Assembly (NCBI GenBank): GCA_037190225.1
Contig: JBBCJL010000001.1
Span: 317,035 to 381,034 of the forward strand
Direction of reading: 5' to 3'
DNA: 64,000 nt
Origin: Edaphocola sp.
GTDB lineage: Bacteria; Bacteroidota; Bacteroidia; Chitinophagales; Chitinophagaceae
The translations under genes were made by a program, and so were the position numbers. A model generated the notes under the pieces. It did not search any database. It was not told the DNA's origin and saw only the letters and a program-made list of their open reading frames with translations. Below are positions 45,472 through 55,273 of the stretch, piece by piece; within the stretch, counting starts at the first letter, position 1; each line of letters opens with the position of its first letter.

Positions 45472-46992
45472 TTATTTGAACATTTTGGTAATGATCCCGA
45501 ACAGGCCTCTTACCAGGGAGCGCTGGGCCTGCTTGCCCGCGCTGCTGTTTAACATCTTTTCTATCATACCCGGTGGTTCCTTGGTCCTGGAGGAGCGTTT
45601 GGGCGCAGGGGCCTGCCTGGCGGTCTCGTGAGTCTCCGGAGGGGCCTGCTGTATGCGCCGGCTCAATATTTCATAAGCGCTGTCCCGGTCTATGTCCTGG
45701 TTATATTTCTGCACCAGTGCCGAAGCCTGCAGGAGGCTGTCAATTTCCTGCTCCGTTAAAATATCCATCCTGCTCCGGGGAGACATCAGGTAAACGTGGG
45801 CAAGGGGAGTAGGGATGCCTTTTTCATTCAGCAGGGTGACCATGGCTTCCCCGGTGCCCATACTGGTAATCACCTCTTCGGGCTTATAGAAGTCGCTCAG
45901 CGGGTAATTTTCTGCCGTCAGCCTGATATCTTTCCTGTCCTTGGCTGTAAAAGCACGCAGGGCATGCTGTATCTTGAGACCCAACTGGCCCAATACTGCC
46001 GCCGGTACATCCTGCGGGTTCTGTGTACAGAAGAAAATGCCGATGCCTTTACTGCGTATCAGCTTGATAATGGTTTCTATCTGGCTCAGCAGGGTGGCGC
46101 TGGCCTCTTTAAACACCAGGTGGGCCTCATCTATGAAGATAACCAGCCTGGGCTGCTCCAGGTCGCCGCTTTCGGGCATCATGCCATAGATCTCAGCCAG
46201 CAGCTGCAGCATAAAGGCCGCGAACAGCTTGGGCCGGTCCTGCAGGTCTATCAGGCGCAGGATATTGATATAGCCTTTGCCGTTGCGATCCGTATGCATG
46301 AGGTCCCGCGGGTCAAAGGACAGCTCCCCGAAAAAGAGGTCTCCGCCCTGGTTCTGCAGCTCTATCACCTTACGTTGTATGGTGCTGAGCGAGGTGGTGG
46401 AAATTTTCCCGTAATCCTTTTCTATGGCTGCCTTACCCTCATCGGCTGCAAACTGCAGGGTTTTGACCATATCCTTCAGGTCCAGCAGCGGCAGCCCGTT
46501 GTCATCGCAATATTTGAAAAGAACGCTCAGCAGGCCGCTTTGGGTATCGTTGAGATCCAGTATCCTGCTGAACAATACCGGCCCGAACTCCGTTACGGTA
46601 GCTCTCAGCCGTACGCCCTTTTCCCGGCTGAGCGTGAGCAGCTCAACGGGGAATGCTGCAGGAATATATTGCTCTCCCATGATACGGTAACGTTCTTCGA
46701 TAAAGGCGTTCATGCTGCCCGGCGCGGCTATGCCGCTAAGGTCGCCTTTGATATCCATCAGCATGACCGGTATGCCGTTATCGCTGAGCCCTTCCGCGAT
46801 GATCTGTAAGGTCTTGGTCTTCCCGGTGCCCGTAGCGCCGGCTATCAGCCCGTGCCTGTTCATCATCTTTAAGGGGATGGAGATGGGACAGTCCGCCAAG
46901 GGCTGGTCCCGGTATTTGGCTACGCCGATCTTGAAGGATCTGCCTTTGAAGGTATAGCCTGCCTGCATGGCTGCCTTGAATGCTTCATTCAT
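45472..46992 (-). CDS. HerA-like P-loop ATPase (DUF853 / YjgR family)
   Basis: Walker A is GLIAGATGTGKT and Walker B is LVIFIDEAHLVF. The basic C-terminal tail is typical of DUF853 proteins. Confidence 0.8.
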   Translation of the reverse strand: MNEAFKAAMQAGYTFKGRSFKIGVAKYRDQPLADCPISIPLKMMNRHGLIAGATGTGKTKTLQIIAEGLSDNGIPVMLMDIKGDLSGIAAPGSMNAFIEERYRIMGEQYIPAAFPVELLTLSREKGVRLRATVTEFGPVLFSRILDLNDTQSGLLSVLFKYCDDNGLPLLDLKDMVKTLQFAADEGKAAIEKDYGKISTTSLSTIQRKVIELQNQGGDLFFGELSFDPRDLMHTDRNGKGYINILRLIDLQDRPKLFAAFMLQLLAEIYGMMPESGDLEQPRLVIFIDEAHLVFKEASATLLSQIETIIKLIRSKGIGIFFCTQNPQDVPAAVLGQLGLKIQHALRAFTAKDRKDIRLTAENYPLSDFYKPEEVITSMGTGEAMVTLLNEKGIPTPLAHVYLMSPRSRMDILTEQEIDSLLQASALVQKYNQDIDRDSAYEILSRRIQQAPPETHETARQAPAPKRSSRTKEPPGMIEKMLNSSAGKQAQRSLVRGLFGIITKMFK

Positions 46993-47239
46993 ATTAATGC
47001 AATTGAGCTGTAATCATTAGAAGAATATGCGTAAAAATAATATAATTCGCTGTTTCTGCAAGGATGGAGGGAAGAAGAAATATCCGGGGGCGCATGCGGT
47101 AGAGCAGGCATTGAAAATTATCCGGTGCCGGAAGTGTATTACATTAAATTCATTTTTTTAAATTTGCACACGCATTTCCCGGTAGACCGGGTATGACCAT
47201 GCGCGCTTTTTAATAATAAAAATAACTTAATACCTATAC

Positions 47240-47950
47240 ATGGGACGTATATTTGAAGTAAGAAAATCCAAGATGTTTGCCCGGTACGATCGTATGGCAA
47301 AGCAGTTCACACGCATCGGTAAGGAGATAGCTATCGCTGTGAAGGCCGCGGGCCCGGAGCCGGAGAATAACCCTGCCCTGAGACGGATCATGCAGAATGC
47401 GAAGGCGGTGAATATGCCTAAGGACCGCGTAGAAGGGGCTATTAAGAATGCCCTGGGAAAGGATCACAGCAATTTTGACGAGGTGCTGTATGAAGGCTAT
47501 GCGCCGCATGGAGTAGCTATCCTGGTGGAAACGGCTACTGATAATACGACCCGTACGGTAGCTAATGTACGTTCACATTTTAACAAGGGCGGCGGCAGCC
47601 TGGGTAACAGCGGGTCTGTCAGCTTTATGTTCAAAAGAATGGGCGTATTCAAGCTGGCGCAGTCCGGCCTGAACCAGGAAGACCTGGAGCTGGAGCTGAT
47701 AGATTATGGACTGGAAGAGCTGGGAGAGGACAGCGAAGGCAATATTATTATCAGGTGCGCCTTTTCCGATTTCGGCAATATGCAGAGCGCGCTGGAAGAG
47801 AAAGGCATCGAAGTGGCCAGCTCCGAGCTGGAATGGATACCGCTGAATACGGTGGAGCTGACGGATGAGCAGGCTGAGGACGTGTTCAAGCTGATAGAGC
47901 GGGTGGAGCAGGATGATGATGTGCAGCGTGTATTTCATAATATGGGATAG
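47240..47950 (+). CDS. YebC/PmpR-family transcriptional regulator
   Basis: The N-terminus ([30 protein letters not shown]) and the rest of the protein are conserved across this family. Confidence 0.9.
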   Translation: MGRIFEVRKSKMFARYDRMAKQFTRIGKEIAIAVKAAGPEPENNPALRRIMQNAKAVNMPKDRVEGAIKNALGKDHSNFDEVLYEGYAPHGVAILVETATDNTTRTVANVRSHFNKGGGSLGNSGSVSFMFKRMGVFKLAQSGLNQEDLELELIDYGLEELGEDSEGNIIIRCAFSDFGNMQSALEEKGIEVASSELEWIPLNTVELTDEQAEDVFKLIERVEQDDDVQRVFHNMG

Positions 47951-47973
47951 CAGTGCACGGTAAGATATATCCG

Positions 47974-48003
47974 GCGGGCGGTGATAGGCATATCACCGCC
48001 CGC
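47974..48003 (+). terminator. GC-rich hairpin after the yebC-like gene
   Basis: The stem gcgggcggtgata / tatcaccgcccgc flanks the loop ggca. No clear T tract follows. Confidence 0.45.
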
Positions 48004-48110
48004 TGCCGTGTCAGCCAGGCGGCAGCTTATAAATTCTTCCCTGATTTTATGCCGATAATACCCTAATTTTAGGGTTTTAACTGATTGCGGTATTTTCTTA
48101 ATGACCTTAT

Positions 48111-49121
48111 ATGAGCAATGCTAAAGTACAGTCTGTTCTGGAGATATCTCTGAGCATATTGATGGGGGCCTTATTCATCTTTTCTGCCTGGACCAAAACT
48201 TATCCGTCGCCGGCAGATTTTGAATACATTATCAAATCCCAGTTCCATACTCCCGGCTACTGGAGCGCCGTGCTGGCCCGGCTGGTGATAGGGGTGGAAT
48301 TCGCCCTGGGCTTTTTCCTGATGCTGCATTTTTTCCTGAAGAAAAAGTGGATAGCCGTATCGGCCATATTGCTGCTGCTGGCCTTCAGCATACACCTCCT
48401 GATGCTGTACCTGAGCGTGGGCAACGAAGCTAATTGCGGCTGTATGGGTACTGTCATTGAAATGAAGCCGCTCCCCTCCATCCTCAAGAATGTCCTGATG
48501 ATAGCGGTATTGATCGTGCTGCTCAGGGTGACGCGGGGCAGGGGCCGGATCGGGCTGCACAATGCGTTCGTGGTGCTGCTGGGTCTCATCACCATAGCGC
48601 TGATGTTTATCGTATTGCCTATTAAGCCGGCAGCCGAATACCTGTCCTACTCACGCATCTATGACCCATCGCAGCCGGAGCAGCCGGCTGTGGACCTGAG
48701 GGAAGGCAGGCACATCGTCAGCTTTATGACCCTGGGCTGCGGTCACTGCAGGGATGCCGCGAAAGAGATCGTGAGGATCAGGGAAGCGCATCCGGAATTC
48801 CCGTTTTACATCTTCCTTTTACAGCCGCAGCCGCATATTAAAGCGGACACGCTGCAAAAGGATACGGCAACCGCGCGTACCGAGGATTCCCTGCTGCAGG
48901 TGAGGATCCGGGAGCTGGAAAGGGACTTCTTCGAGGACACTAAAGCATCCGCTATCCCGCACAGCTACCTGAAAGAGGAGGATTTCGTGGCCCTGATCAA
49001 CCAGAGCGGCAATAACGGCACACCCACCATTCTATGGATGCAGGATTCTGCCATTATCAGGGAGGTGATCAACCACCATTTCAATGTAAAGGATATAGAG
49101 AACTGGCTGAAAGCGAAATAA
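48111..49121 (+). CDS. Membrane protein fusing a MauE/DoxX-like 4-5 TM domain to a thioredoxin-like CxxC domain
   Basis: The N-terminal TM bundle contains CGC (EANCGCMG). The C-terminal soluble domain contains MTLGCGHCRDAAKE, a thioredoxin-type CxxC. Confidence 0.6.
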   Translation: MSNAKVQSVLEISLSILMGALFIFSAWTKTYPSPADFEYIIKSQFHTPGYWSAVLARLVIGVEFALGFFLMLHFFLKKKWIAVSAILLLLAFSIHLLMLYLSVGNEANCGCMGTVIEMKPLPSILKNVLMIAVLIVLLRVTRGRGRIGLHNAFVVLLGLITIALMFIVLPIKPAAEYLSYSRIYDPSQPEQPAVDLREGRHIVSFMTLGCGHCRDAAKEIVRIREAHPEFPFYIFLLQPQPHIKADTLQKDTATARTEDSLLQVRIRELERDFFEDTKASAIPHSYLKEEDFVALINQSGNNGTPTILWMQDSAIIREVINHHFNVKDIENWLKAK

Positions 49122-49124
49122 GAG

Positions 49125-49949
49125 ATGAATATATACAGTATCGGAACCCCTTTTAATATTGAGCTCAAATTCCGGATCGGTTCTTTCGGGAGCAGGCTGC
49201 TGGCCTGGCTCATAGATTTTGTGGCCATATATGCCTACAACCTGGTTTTTATGCTTTTTATATTTCATAATCTCAGGTCCCTCGATATTAAAACCTTATC
49301 CGATATGGACACGGAGCAGGCCCTGATGATACTGCTGCTGGTCATTCCCAGCACCTTCTACCATCTGGCCTGCCAGATACTCTGGAACGGGCGCAGTCCC
49401 GGCAAATATGTCATGGGCCTGAAGGTGGTGAACGCAGAGAACGGGGGAGCTATCAGCACTGCCCAGGCTGTCATCAGGAATATCCTGTGCTTTCCCAATT
49501 TTATACTGGGAATGATGTTCCTGGCCGTAATGCCCGCCACGCTGATAGTCATGCTGCTCATCACAGCCTTGTCCGCAGTACCGGATGTGATTTTTGTACT
49601 GGTGAATGCCAGGAACCAGAAAATGGGCGATCTCCTTGCCGGCACGATGGTGATCCAGGCGAATTATAAGCCTGATATCCACCAGACGATCTTCCAGGAG
49701 TTGGAAGACCCGGTTGCCTATACGATGCTGTACCCGGGCGTATCGGCCCTTTCCGATGTGGAGATCAACGGGCTGAATAAGATCGTAAAGAGCACGGAGT
49801 ACTATTCTCCTGAATACCTGCAGAAGATCACCTTCAGGCTGGAGCAGAAGCTGGAGGCGCAAAGCCGTGAGTACGACCCGATAGACTTTTTCAGGAGGGT
49901 CATCCGGGATTATAATTATTATCATCAACAAACCAAATCAGCGCCATGA
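49125..49949 (+). CDS. RDD-family membrane protein
   Basis: The gene starts 3 nt after the preceding stop. The RDD-like region is RLLAWLIDFVAIYAY...GRSPGKYVMGLKVV...QKMGDLLAGTMVI. Confidence 0.65.
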   Translation: MNIYSIGTPFNIELKFRIGSFGSRLLAWLIDFVAIYAYNLVFMLFIFHNLRSLDIKTLSDMDTEQALMILLLVIPSTFYHLACQILWNGRSPGKYVMGLKVVNAENGGAISTAQAVIRNILCFPNFILGMMFLAVMPATLIVMLLITALSAVPDVIFVLVNARNQKMGDLLAGTMVIQANYKPDIHQTIFQELEDPVAYTMLYPGVSALSDVEINGLNKIVKSTEYYSPEYLQKITFRLEQKLEAQSREYDPIDFFRRVIRDYNYYHQQTKSAP

Positions 49950-50527
49950 ATTATTTAGGCCATGCGTTCCTCTCATTCGGCAACCGGGAGATACTGGTGG
50001 GGAATATTATAGGAGATTATGTGAAAGGTAACCTCGCCGTTGAGACGTACCCGCCTGATATTCAGAAAGGCATAAGGCTCCATCGCCAGATAGACGATTT
50101 TACGGACAGGCATGCGGCCGCTATCCTGGCCAAAAATATCTTTCGCCCTGATTACGGTCTGTACGCCGGCGCGATCGCAGATGTGCTGTGGGATCACTTT
50201 TTGGCCAATGACCCGCGCTTTTTCCCCACTGTAAAGGACCTGGAGCGCTTCAGCCTGGAAACCTACAGCCATATAGAGGCTTATGAAGCCGTATTGCCGG
50301 AAAAGTTCAGGCCCGCTTTTGCATCCATGAAGCAGCATAACTGGCTGTACAATTACCGTACTGTCAGGGGTGTTGAAAATGCGCTGAAGGGACTGGCATA
50401 CAGGGCCAAGTACCTGGAAGATACCACCCGGGCTTACCAGCTCTTCCTCCAGTACTTCTATGAGCTTAACCAACGGTATTTTGAGCTGGTGGACGATGTG
50501 GTACCTTTTGTCAAAAATAAAATTTAA
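49946..50527 (+). CDS. acpH: Acyl carrier protein phosphodiesterase (AcpH/DUF479 family)
   Basis: The N-terminus MNYLGHAFLSF...GNIIGDYVKG matches the AcpH pattern. The start overlaps the upstream gene by 4 nt (ATGA). Confidence 0.65.
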   Translation: MNYLGHAFLSFGNREILVGNIIGDYVKGNLAVETYPPDIQKGIRLHRQIDDFTDRHAAAILAKNIFRPDYGLYAGAIADVLWDHFLANDPRFFPTVKDLERFSLETYSHIEAYEAVLPEKFRPAFASMKQHNWLYNYRTVRGVENALKGLAYRAKYLEDTTRAYQLFLQYFYELNQRYFELVDDVVPFVKNKI

Positions 50528-50595
50528 TAACAGTTTTAATACGGCAGGATTAATTAAATTTGTAGTTTTTCCCGGTTTTTATATTTACAAGTATA

Positions 50596-51822
50596 ATGAA
50601 TAAACTAAAAAAGAAGGTTGTTTCTTACTTACTGGCAACTTCTTTATTGGGTTTTGCAGGATACCAGTTTGTCTTCCATACTGCCGCGAGTGCGTCGTTA
50701 TTCCAGCAGGCTGCCTCGCAGGGTGAGAAGCCTAAAAAAGATGTTTCCAAAATTGTATATGCCGATACGAACAAGGCTGAATACAGGCAGCTGATCAAAA
50801 GTCTTGATTCCTTTTATGCTATCCAGGTGAAAGGCGGCTTTAACGGCAGCGTGCTGATCGGTCATGAAGGCAAGGTGATCTATGAGCGTTACTTCGGGAT
50901 GGCAGATCAGAGGCTGGGCATTAAACTGGGTCCCAAGACGCCCAGTCAGCTGGCATCTACCTCCAAGCCCTTTACGGCTACGGCTATCCTGTGGCTGCAC
51001 CAGAGCAAATATCTCAATATTGACGAGCCCGTTGCGAAATACCTGAAAGGCTTCCCTTATCCTGATATTACCATTACCATGCTGCTGAACCACAGGAGCG
51101 GGCTGCCGGACTATACCAAGATGGGCAGCGCCATCTGGCCGTCCAAGGCGCCGATGTATAATGTTCACCTGCTGCAGTATTTCATCAATAAGAAGCCCAG
51201 GCTGAGATTTGCGCCCAATACCGCCTTCCAGTACAGCAATACCAATTATGCGCTGCTGGCCAGCATCATCGAGGAAGTGACGCATATGCCCTATAAGAAG
51301 TTCATGAAAGAGATGATCTTTGAGCCTTTGGGAATGCATCACACCTATGTCTTTGATCCTGCGGAGGGATTCCAGCAGCAGAGCACGGTCAGCTACCGGG
51401 CCAACTTTTCCGTCTTTGAGAATAACTTCCAGGACGGGATATACGGCGATAAGGGCATCTACAGCACTCCCCAGGATATGTACCGCTGGGACCAGTCCTT
51501 CTATGCCTATTCGCTGCTGAACGAGCGCACGCTGAGAATGGCGTATAACGGCTATTCCGGCACAGGATCGGGCAAGAAGAACTACGGGCTCGGCTGGAGG
51601 ATGATGGAGGATGAGAAATACAAGATCATCTACCATAACGGCTGGTGGCATGGCAATAATACCGTCTTCTACCGGTTCATAGCAGACAACTTTACCATCA
51701 TCGTGCTGGGTAATAAATATAATACCAGGATTTATCAGCATCCTAAGGGTATATACCCTATTTTTGCGAAAAATTCGGATATCAAAATAGAGTGGGAGGA
51801 AACGGGAAGCCCTTCCGAATAA
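50596..51822 (+). CDS. Serine hydrolase of the beta-lactamase (class C / PBP4*-like) family
   Basis: An N-terminal signal/anchor is followed by the SxxK motif ASTSKPFTA and the YxN motif YSNTNY. Confidence 0.75.
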   Translation: MNKLKKKVVSYLLATSLLGFAGYQFVFHTAASASLFQQAASQGEKPKKDVSKIVYADTNKAEYRQLIKSLDSFYAIQVKGGFNGSVLIGHEGKVIYERYFGMADQRLGIKLGPKTPSQLASTSKPFTATAILWLHQSKYLNIDEPVAKYLKGFPYPDITITMLLNHRSGLPDYTKMGSAIWPSKAPMYNVHLLQYFINKKPRLRFAPNTAFQYSNTNYALLASIIEEVTHMPYKKFMKEMIFEPLGMHHTYVFDPAEGFQQQSTVSYRANFSVFENNFQDGIYGDKGIYSTPQDMYRWDQSFYAYSLLNERTLRMAYNGYSGTGSGKKNYGLGWRMMEDEKYKIIYHNGWWHGNNTVFYRFIADNFTIIVLGNKYNTRIYQHPKGIYPIFAKNSDIKIEWEETGSPSE

Positions 51823-51839
51823 TTAAAATATAAAATATT

Positions 51840-51870
51840 TTTGGCTTATTGCTAAAAATAATTAACTTTG
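51840..51870 (+). promoter_or_regulatory. Bacteroidota-type promoter for the infA-rpmJ-rpsM... cluster
   Basis: TTTG lies at 51840-51843 and TAACTTTG at 51863-51870, with 19-nt spacing. The ATG at 51889 follows. Confidence 0.5.
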
Positions 51871-51888
51871 CATTCCTTTTTATAAATT

Positions 51889-52107
51889 ATGGCAAAACAG
51901 CCCCTTATTAAACAAGACGGTACAATAGTGGAAGCATTATCCAATGCGATGTTCCGGGTACGCCTGGAGAATGGTCATGAGATACTGGCCACTATTTCCG
52001 GGAAAATGCGGATGAACTATATCCGTATCCTTCCGGGTGATAAAGTAGGTGTAGAGATGAGCCCGTATGATCTGTCACGCGGCAGGATCATCTACAGGTA
52101 CAAATAA
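51889..52107 (+). CDS. infA: Translation initiation factor IF-1
   Basis: The 72-aa S1-like protein is highly conserved ([33 protein letters not shown]). Confidence 0.95.
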   Translation: MAKQPLIKQDGTIVEALSNAMFRVRLENGHEILATISGKMRMNYIRILPGDKVGVEMSPYDLSRGRIIYRYK

Positions 52108-52173
52108 GTATTGTTTTGGGTTAAATGTTGTGTAAGAGAAAGCTATTTTAAATCAATATAAATTACAATAAGT

Positions 52174-52290
52174 ATGAAAGTTCGTGCTTCAATTAAAAAG
52201 CGTAGTGCAGATTGTAAAATTGTACGTCGTAAAGGAAAATTATTCGTGATCAACAAGAAGAACCCACGCTTCAAGCAACGTCAGGGCTAA
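52174..52290 (+). CDS. rpmJ: 50S ribosomal protein L36 (absent from the supplied ORF track because it is under 60 aa)
   Basis: My own translation gives [38 protein letters not shown]. The gene sits in the canonical position between infA and rpsM. Confidence 0.9.
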   Translation: MKVRASIKKRSADCKIVRRKGKLFVINKKNPRFKQRQG

Positions 52291-52365
52291 TACGGGTCGC
52301 GAACCGGCAGGTGTAATGCCCCGGGAATCAAAAATGAATTCATTCAATCATTAAAATTAAGATAA

Positions 52366-52746
52366 ATGGCTCGTATAGCTGGTATTGATCTTCCTAAAAA
52401 CAAAAGGGGAGAAATCGGTCTTACTTACATTTTTGGAATCGGTTTAAGCACTTCTCGCTATATCCTGGATAAAGCGGGTATTGATCGTAACAAGAAAGTT
52501 GTAGAGTGGAACGATGATGAGCAAGGTGAAATCCGTAACATCATCAATTCCGAGTTCAAAGTAGAAGGACAGTTACGTTCTGAGGTATCCATGAACATCA
52601 AGCGTCTGATGGATATCGCCTGTTACCGTGGCGTACGTCATCGTAAAGGATTACCCTTACGCGGACAACGTACCAAAACGAACAGCCGTACCCGTAAGGG
52701 CAAGCGTAAAACTGTTGCCGGTAAGAAAAAAGCTGCTAAGAAGTAA
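52366..52746 (+). CDS. rpsM: 30S ribosomal protein S13
   Basis: The sequence [14 protein letters not shown]...[20 protein letters not shown] is diagnostic. Confidence 0.95.
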   Translation: MARIAGIDLPKNKRGEIGLTYIFGIGLSTSRYILDKAGIDRNKKVVEWNDDEQGEIRNIINSEFKVEGQLRSEVSMNIKRLMDIACYRGVRHRKGLPLRGQRTKTNSRTRKGKRKTVAGKKKAAKK

Positions 52747-52880
52747 TTTAACCAAACCAAGCGCAACTGATCTCGGAGCCCTTTTCAGAACTTCTTACAG
52801 GGTTAGAGGCGTTGCCGCTCAGCCGTGCGCATTGCGTGCCTGAGTTCTGTAATTAACCATCAAAAGACTACCTCAAAAAA

Positions 52881-53285
52881 ATGGCAAAAGGTAAACAAAA
52901 CACAGCGAAAGCTGCTGCTAAAAAAAGAGTAGCAAAAGTTGATGCTCATGGTGATGTGCATATTACTGCAACATTCAACAATATCATCATCGCTTTCACT
53001 AACAAGCAAGGTCAGGTGATCTCCTGGTCCTCCGCAGGTAAAATGGGATTCCGTGGCTCTAAGAAGAACACGCCTTACGCTGCGCAGCAGGCAGCTGCAG
53101 ACGCTGCAAAAGTAGCGCTGGAAGCTGGTATGAAAAAAGCAGACATCATTGTTAAAGGACCCGGTTCCGGCCGTGAAGGCGCTATCCGTTCCGTAGCTAA
53201 CAGCGGCGTGGAAGTGACCTCCATCAAGGATATTACGCCGATCCCGCATAATGGCTGTCGTCCGCCCAAGAAACGTAGAGTTTAA
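52881..53285 (+). CDS. rpsK: 30S ribosomal protein S11
   Basis: The sequence [30 protein letters not shown]...[12 protein letters not shown] is diagnostic. Confidence 0.95.
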   Translation: MAKGKQNTAKAAAKKRVAKVDAHGDVHITATFNNIIIAFTNKQGQVISWSSAGKMGFRGSKKNTPYAAQQAAADAAKVALEAGMKKADIIVKGPGSGREGAIRSVANSGVEVTSIKDITPIPHNGCRPPKKRRV

Positions 53286-53371
53286 TATATAGCTATATAT
53301 TGCTTTTGCAATCTTTTCATATTAATTGGAGAGGTTGCAAAAGTTGTTTATGGCAATCTTCTTATAAATCC

Positions 53372-53415
53372 GTTTTTCGTTTCCACTTTTCCGGCTTTTA
53401 AATGAAACGAAAAAC
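53372..53415 (+). promoter_or_regulatory. Structured leader element upstream of rpsD (12-bp perfect stem)
   Basis: The arm gtttttcgtttc (53372-53383) pairs with gaaacgaaaaac (53404-53415). A second partial pairing, ttgcttttgcaa / ttgcaaaagttg, lies at about 53300-53350. The rpsK-rpsD spacer is unusually long at 168 nt. Confidence 0.35.
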
Positions 53416-53453
53416 ATTATAATTAAAATCCGGTCAAATTATCATTTAAAATT

Positions 53454-54059
53454 ATGGCACGTTATACTGGCCCTAAAAACAAGATCAACCGTATTTTCGG
53501 CGAACCTATCCTGGGTTCCGGCAAGAACCTTTCCAAGAACAGCAATCCTCCGGGTATGCACGGTGCCAACCGTAAGCGTAAATCCCAGTCCGAGTATGCT
53601 ATTCAGCTGAAAGAAAAACAAAAGGCAAAATATACTTACCTGGTTCTGGAAAAGCAATTCCGTAACACTTACCAGGAAGCTTCCCGTCGTAAAGGCGCGA
53701 CAGGTACCAACCTGATCCAGCTGCTGGAAGCCCGCCTGGACAACTCCGTTTTCCGTGCAGGCCTGGCGCCGACCCGTTCCGCTGCCCGTCAGCTGGTGTC
53801 TCACAAGCACATCCTGGTGAACGGCGAGATCGTTAACATCCCTTCCTACAGCCTGAAGCCGGGTGATGTGATCGAGTTCAAGGCCAAATCCAAAGCGAAC
53901 AACGCTGTGCTGGGTCTGGTAAAAGGTAAGAACCCTAATATCAACTGGATAGAATACAATGAAAAAGAATTGAAAGGTACTTTCCTCGCTTATCCTGAGC
54001 GTGAAGCGGTTCCTGAAAATATCAAGGAACAATTAATCGTTGAATTGTATTCTAAATAA
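53454..54059 (+). CDS. rpsD: 30S ribosomal protein S4
   Basis: The protein starts MARYTGPKNKINRIFG and has an S4 RNA-binding domain (LDNSVFRAGLAPTRSAARQLVSHKHILVNG). Confidence 0.95.
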   Translation: MARYTGPKNKINRIFGEPILGSGKNLSKNSNPPGMHGANRKRKSQSEYAIQLKEKQKAKYTYLVLEKQFRNTYQEASRRKGATGTNLIQLLEARLDNSVFRAGLAPTRSAARQLVSHKHILVNGEIVNIPSYSLKPGDVIEFKAKSKANNAVLGLVKGKNPNINWIEYNEKELKGTFLAYPEREAVPENIKEQLIVELYSK

Positions 54060-54127
54060 TCCAAATACTTTATATATTTACACATTTTTAAAGTATTTGA
54101 ACACTAAATAAAATTAAAACTTCCAAA

Positions 54128-55126
54128 ATGGCTATATTAAGTTTCCAAAAACCGGATAAAATTGTGTTGCAGAAAGCAAACGATTTTGAGGCACAATTTG
54201 AATTCCGTCCATTAGAGCCAGGATATGGTGTAACCATTGGTAACGCTTTACGCAGGGTACTGTTGTCTTCTTTGGAAGGCCATGCCATTACAGGTATCCG
54301 CATCTCCGGGGTAGACCACGAATTTGCCACCATTAAAGGAGTGCTGGAGGATGTGACCGAGATCATCCTCAACCTGAAGCAGGTACGTTTGAAAAAACGC
54401 GGTGATGATGATATCCACAATGAGAAGATCGAACTGGTTATCAAAGGTCAGGAGCAGTTTTTAGCAGGCCAGATCGGTGAGGCAAGCACCGTGTTCGATG
54501 TTATGAACCCGGAACAGCTGATCTGTAACCTTGATACAAGCGCTACTTTAGAGATTGAAATGGTGATCGGGAAAGGCCGCGGATATGTGCCTTCTGAAGA
54601 GAACCGGCCTAAAGACGCACCGGTAAACTTCATAGCTATTGATGCTATCTTCACGCCTATCAAGAACGTAAAATATACCGTTGAAAATACCCGTGTGGAG
54701 CAGCGCACAGACTATGAAAAGCTGATCATGGAAGTGGTCACTGACGGAACGATCCATCCGGAAGAAGCTGTAAAGGAGGCATCCCGCATCCTGATCCAGC
54801 ACCTGATGATCATCACTGATGAAAATATCGCGCTGGATACCAAGCGTGAAGAGAAAGAAGAAGCTGTTGACGAAGGTATGCTGCAATTAAGAAAAGTGCT
54901 GAACACACCGCTGGAAGACCTTGAGCTTTCCGTGCGTGCGTTCAACTGCCTGAAGGCTGCCAAGATCAACTCCCTGGTAGAGCTAGTTCAGTACACCCAG
55001 GATGAGCTGATGAAATTCCGCAACTTCGGCCAGAAATCATTAACTGAGATCGAGCAGGTATTACATGAAAGGAACCTCAGTTTCGGAATGGATATCAGCC
55101 GTATCAAATTCAGCGACGAGAACTGA
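54128..55126 (+). CDS. rpoA: DNA-directed RNA polymerase subunit alpha
   Basis: The N-terminal domain contains GNALRRVLLSSLEG. The C-terminal domain contains LELSVRAFNCLKAAKINSLVELV. Confidence 0.95.
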   Translation: MAILSFQKPDKIVLQKANDFEAQFEFRPLEPGYGVTIGNALRRVLLSSLEGHAITGIRISGVDHEFATIKGVLEDVTEIILNLKQVRLKKRGDDDIHNEKIELVIKGQEQFLAGQIGEASTVFDVMNPEQLICNLDTSATLEIEMVIGKGRGYVPSEENRPKDAPVNFIAIDAIFTPIKNVKYTVENTRVEQRTDYEKLIMEVVTDGTIHPEEAVKEASRILIQHLMIITDENIALDTKREEKEEAVDEGMLQLRKVLNTPLEDLELSVRAFNCLKAAKINSLVELVQYTQDELMKFRNFGQKSLTEIEQVLHERNLSFGMDISRIKFSDEN

Positions 55127-55273
55127 TCACAGGTTAGCGTCCCCTGAAAAAATACTTACCTGCATTATTCCCGGGTAGTGCAGGCTCTTTATTCATCACA
55201 GGATTTTGACCGGGGAAAATCTTAAGCTCTGTAATTCCCTGACCACGGTACAGAGTCTAAAATCATAATTTTT

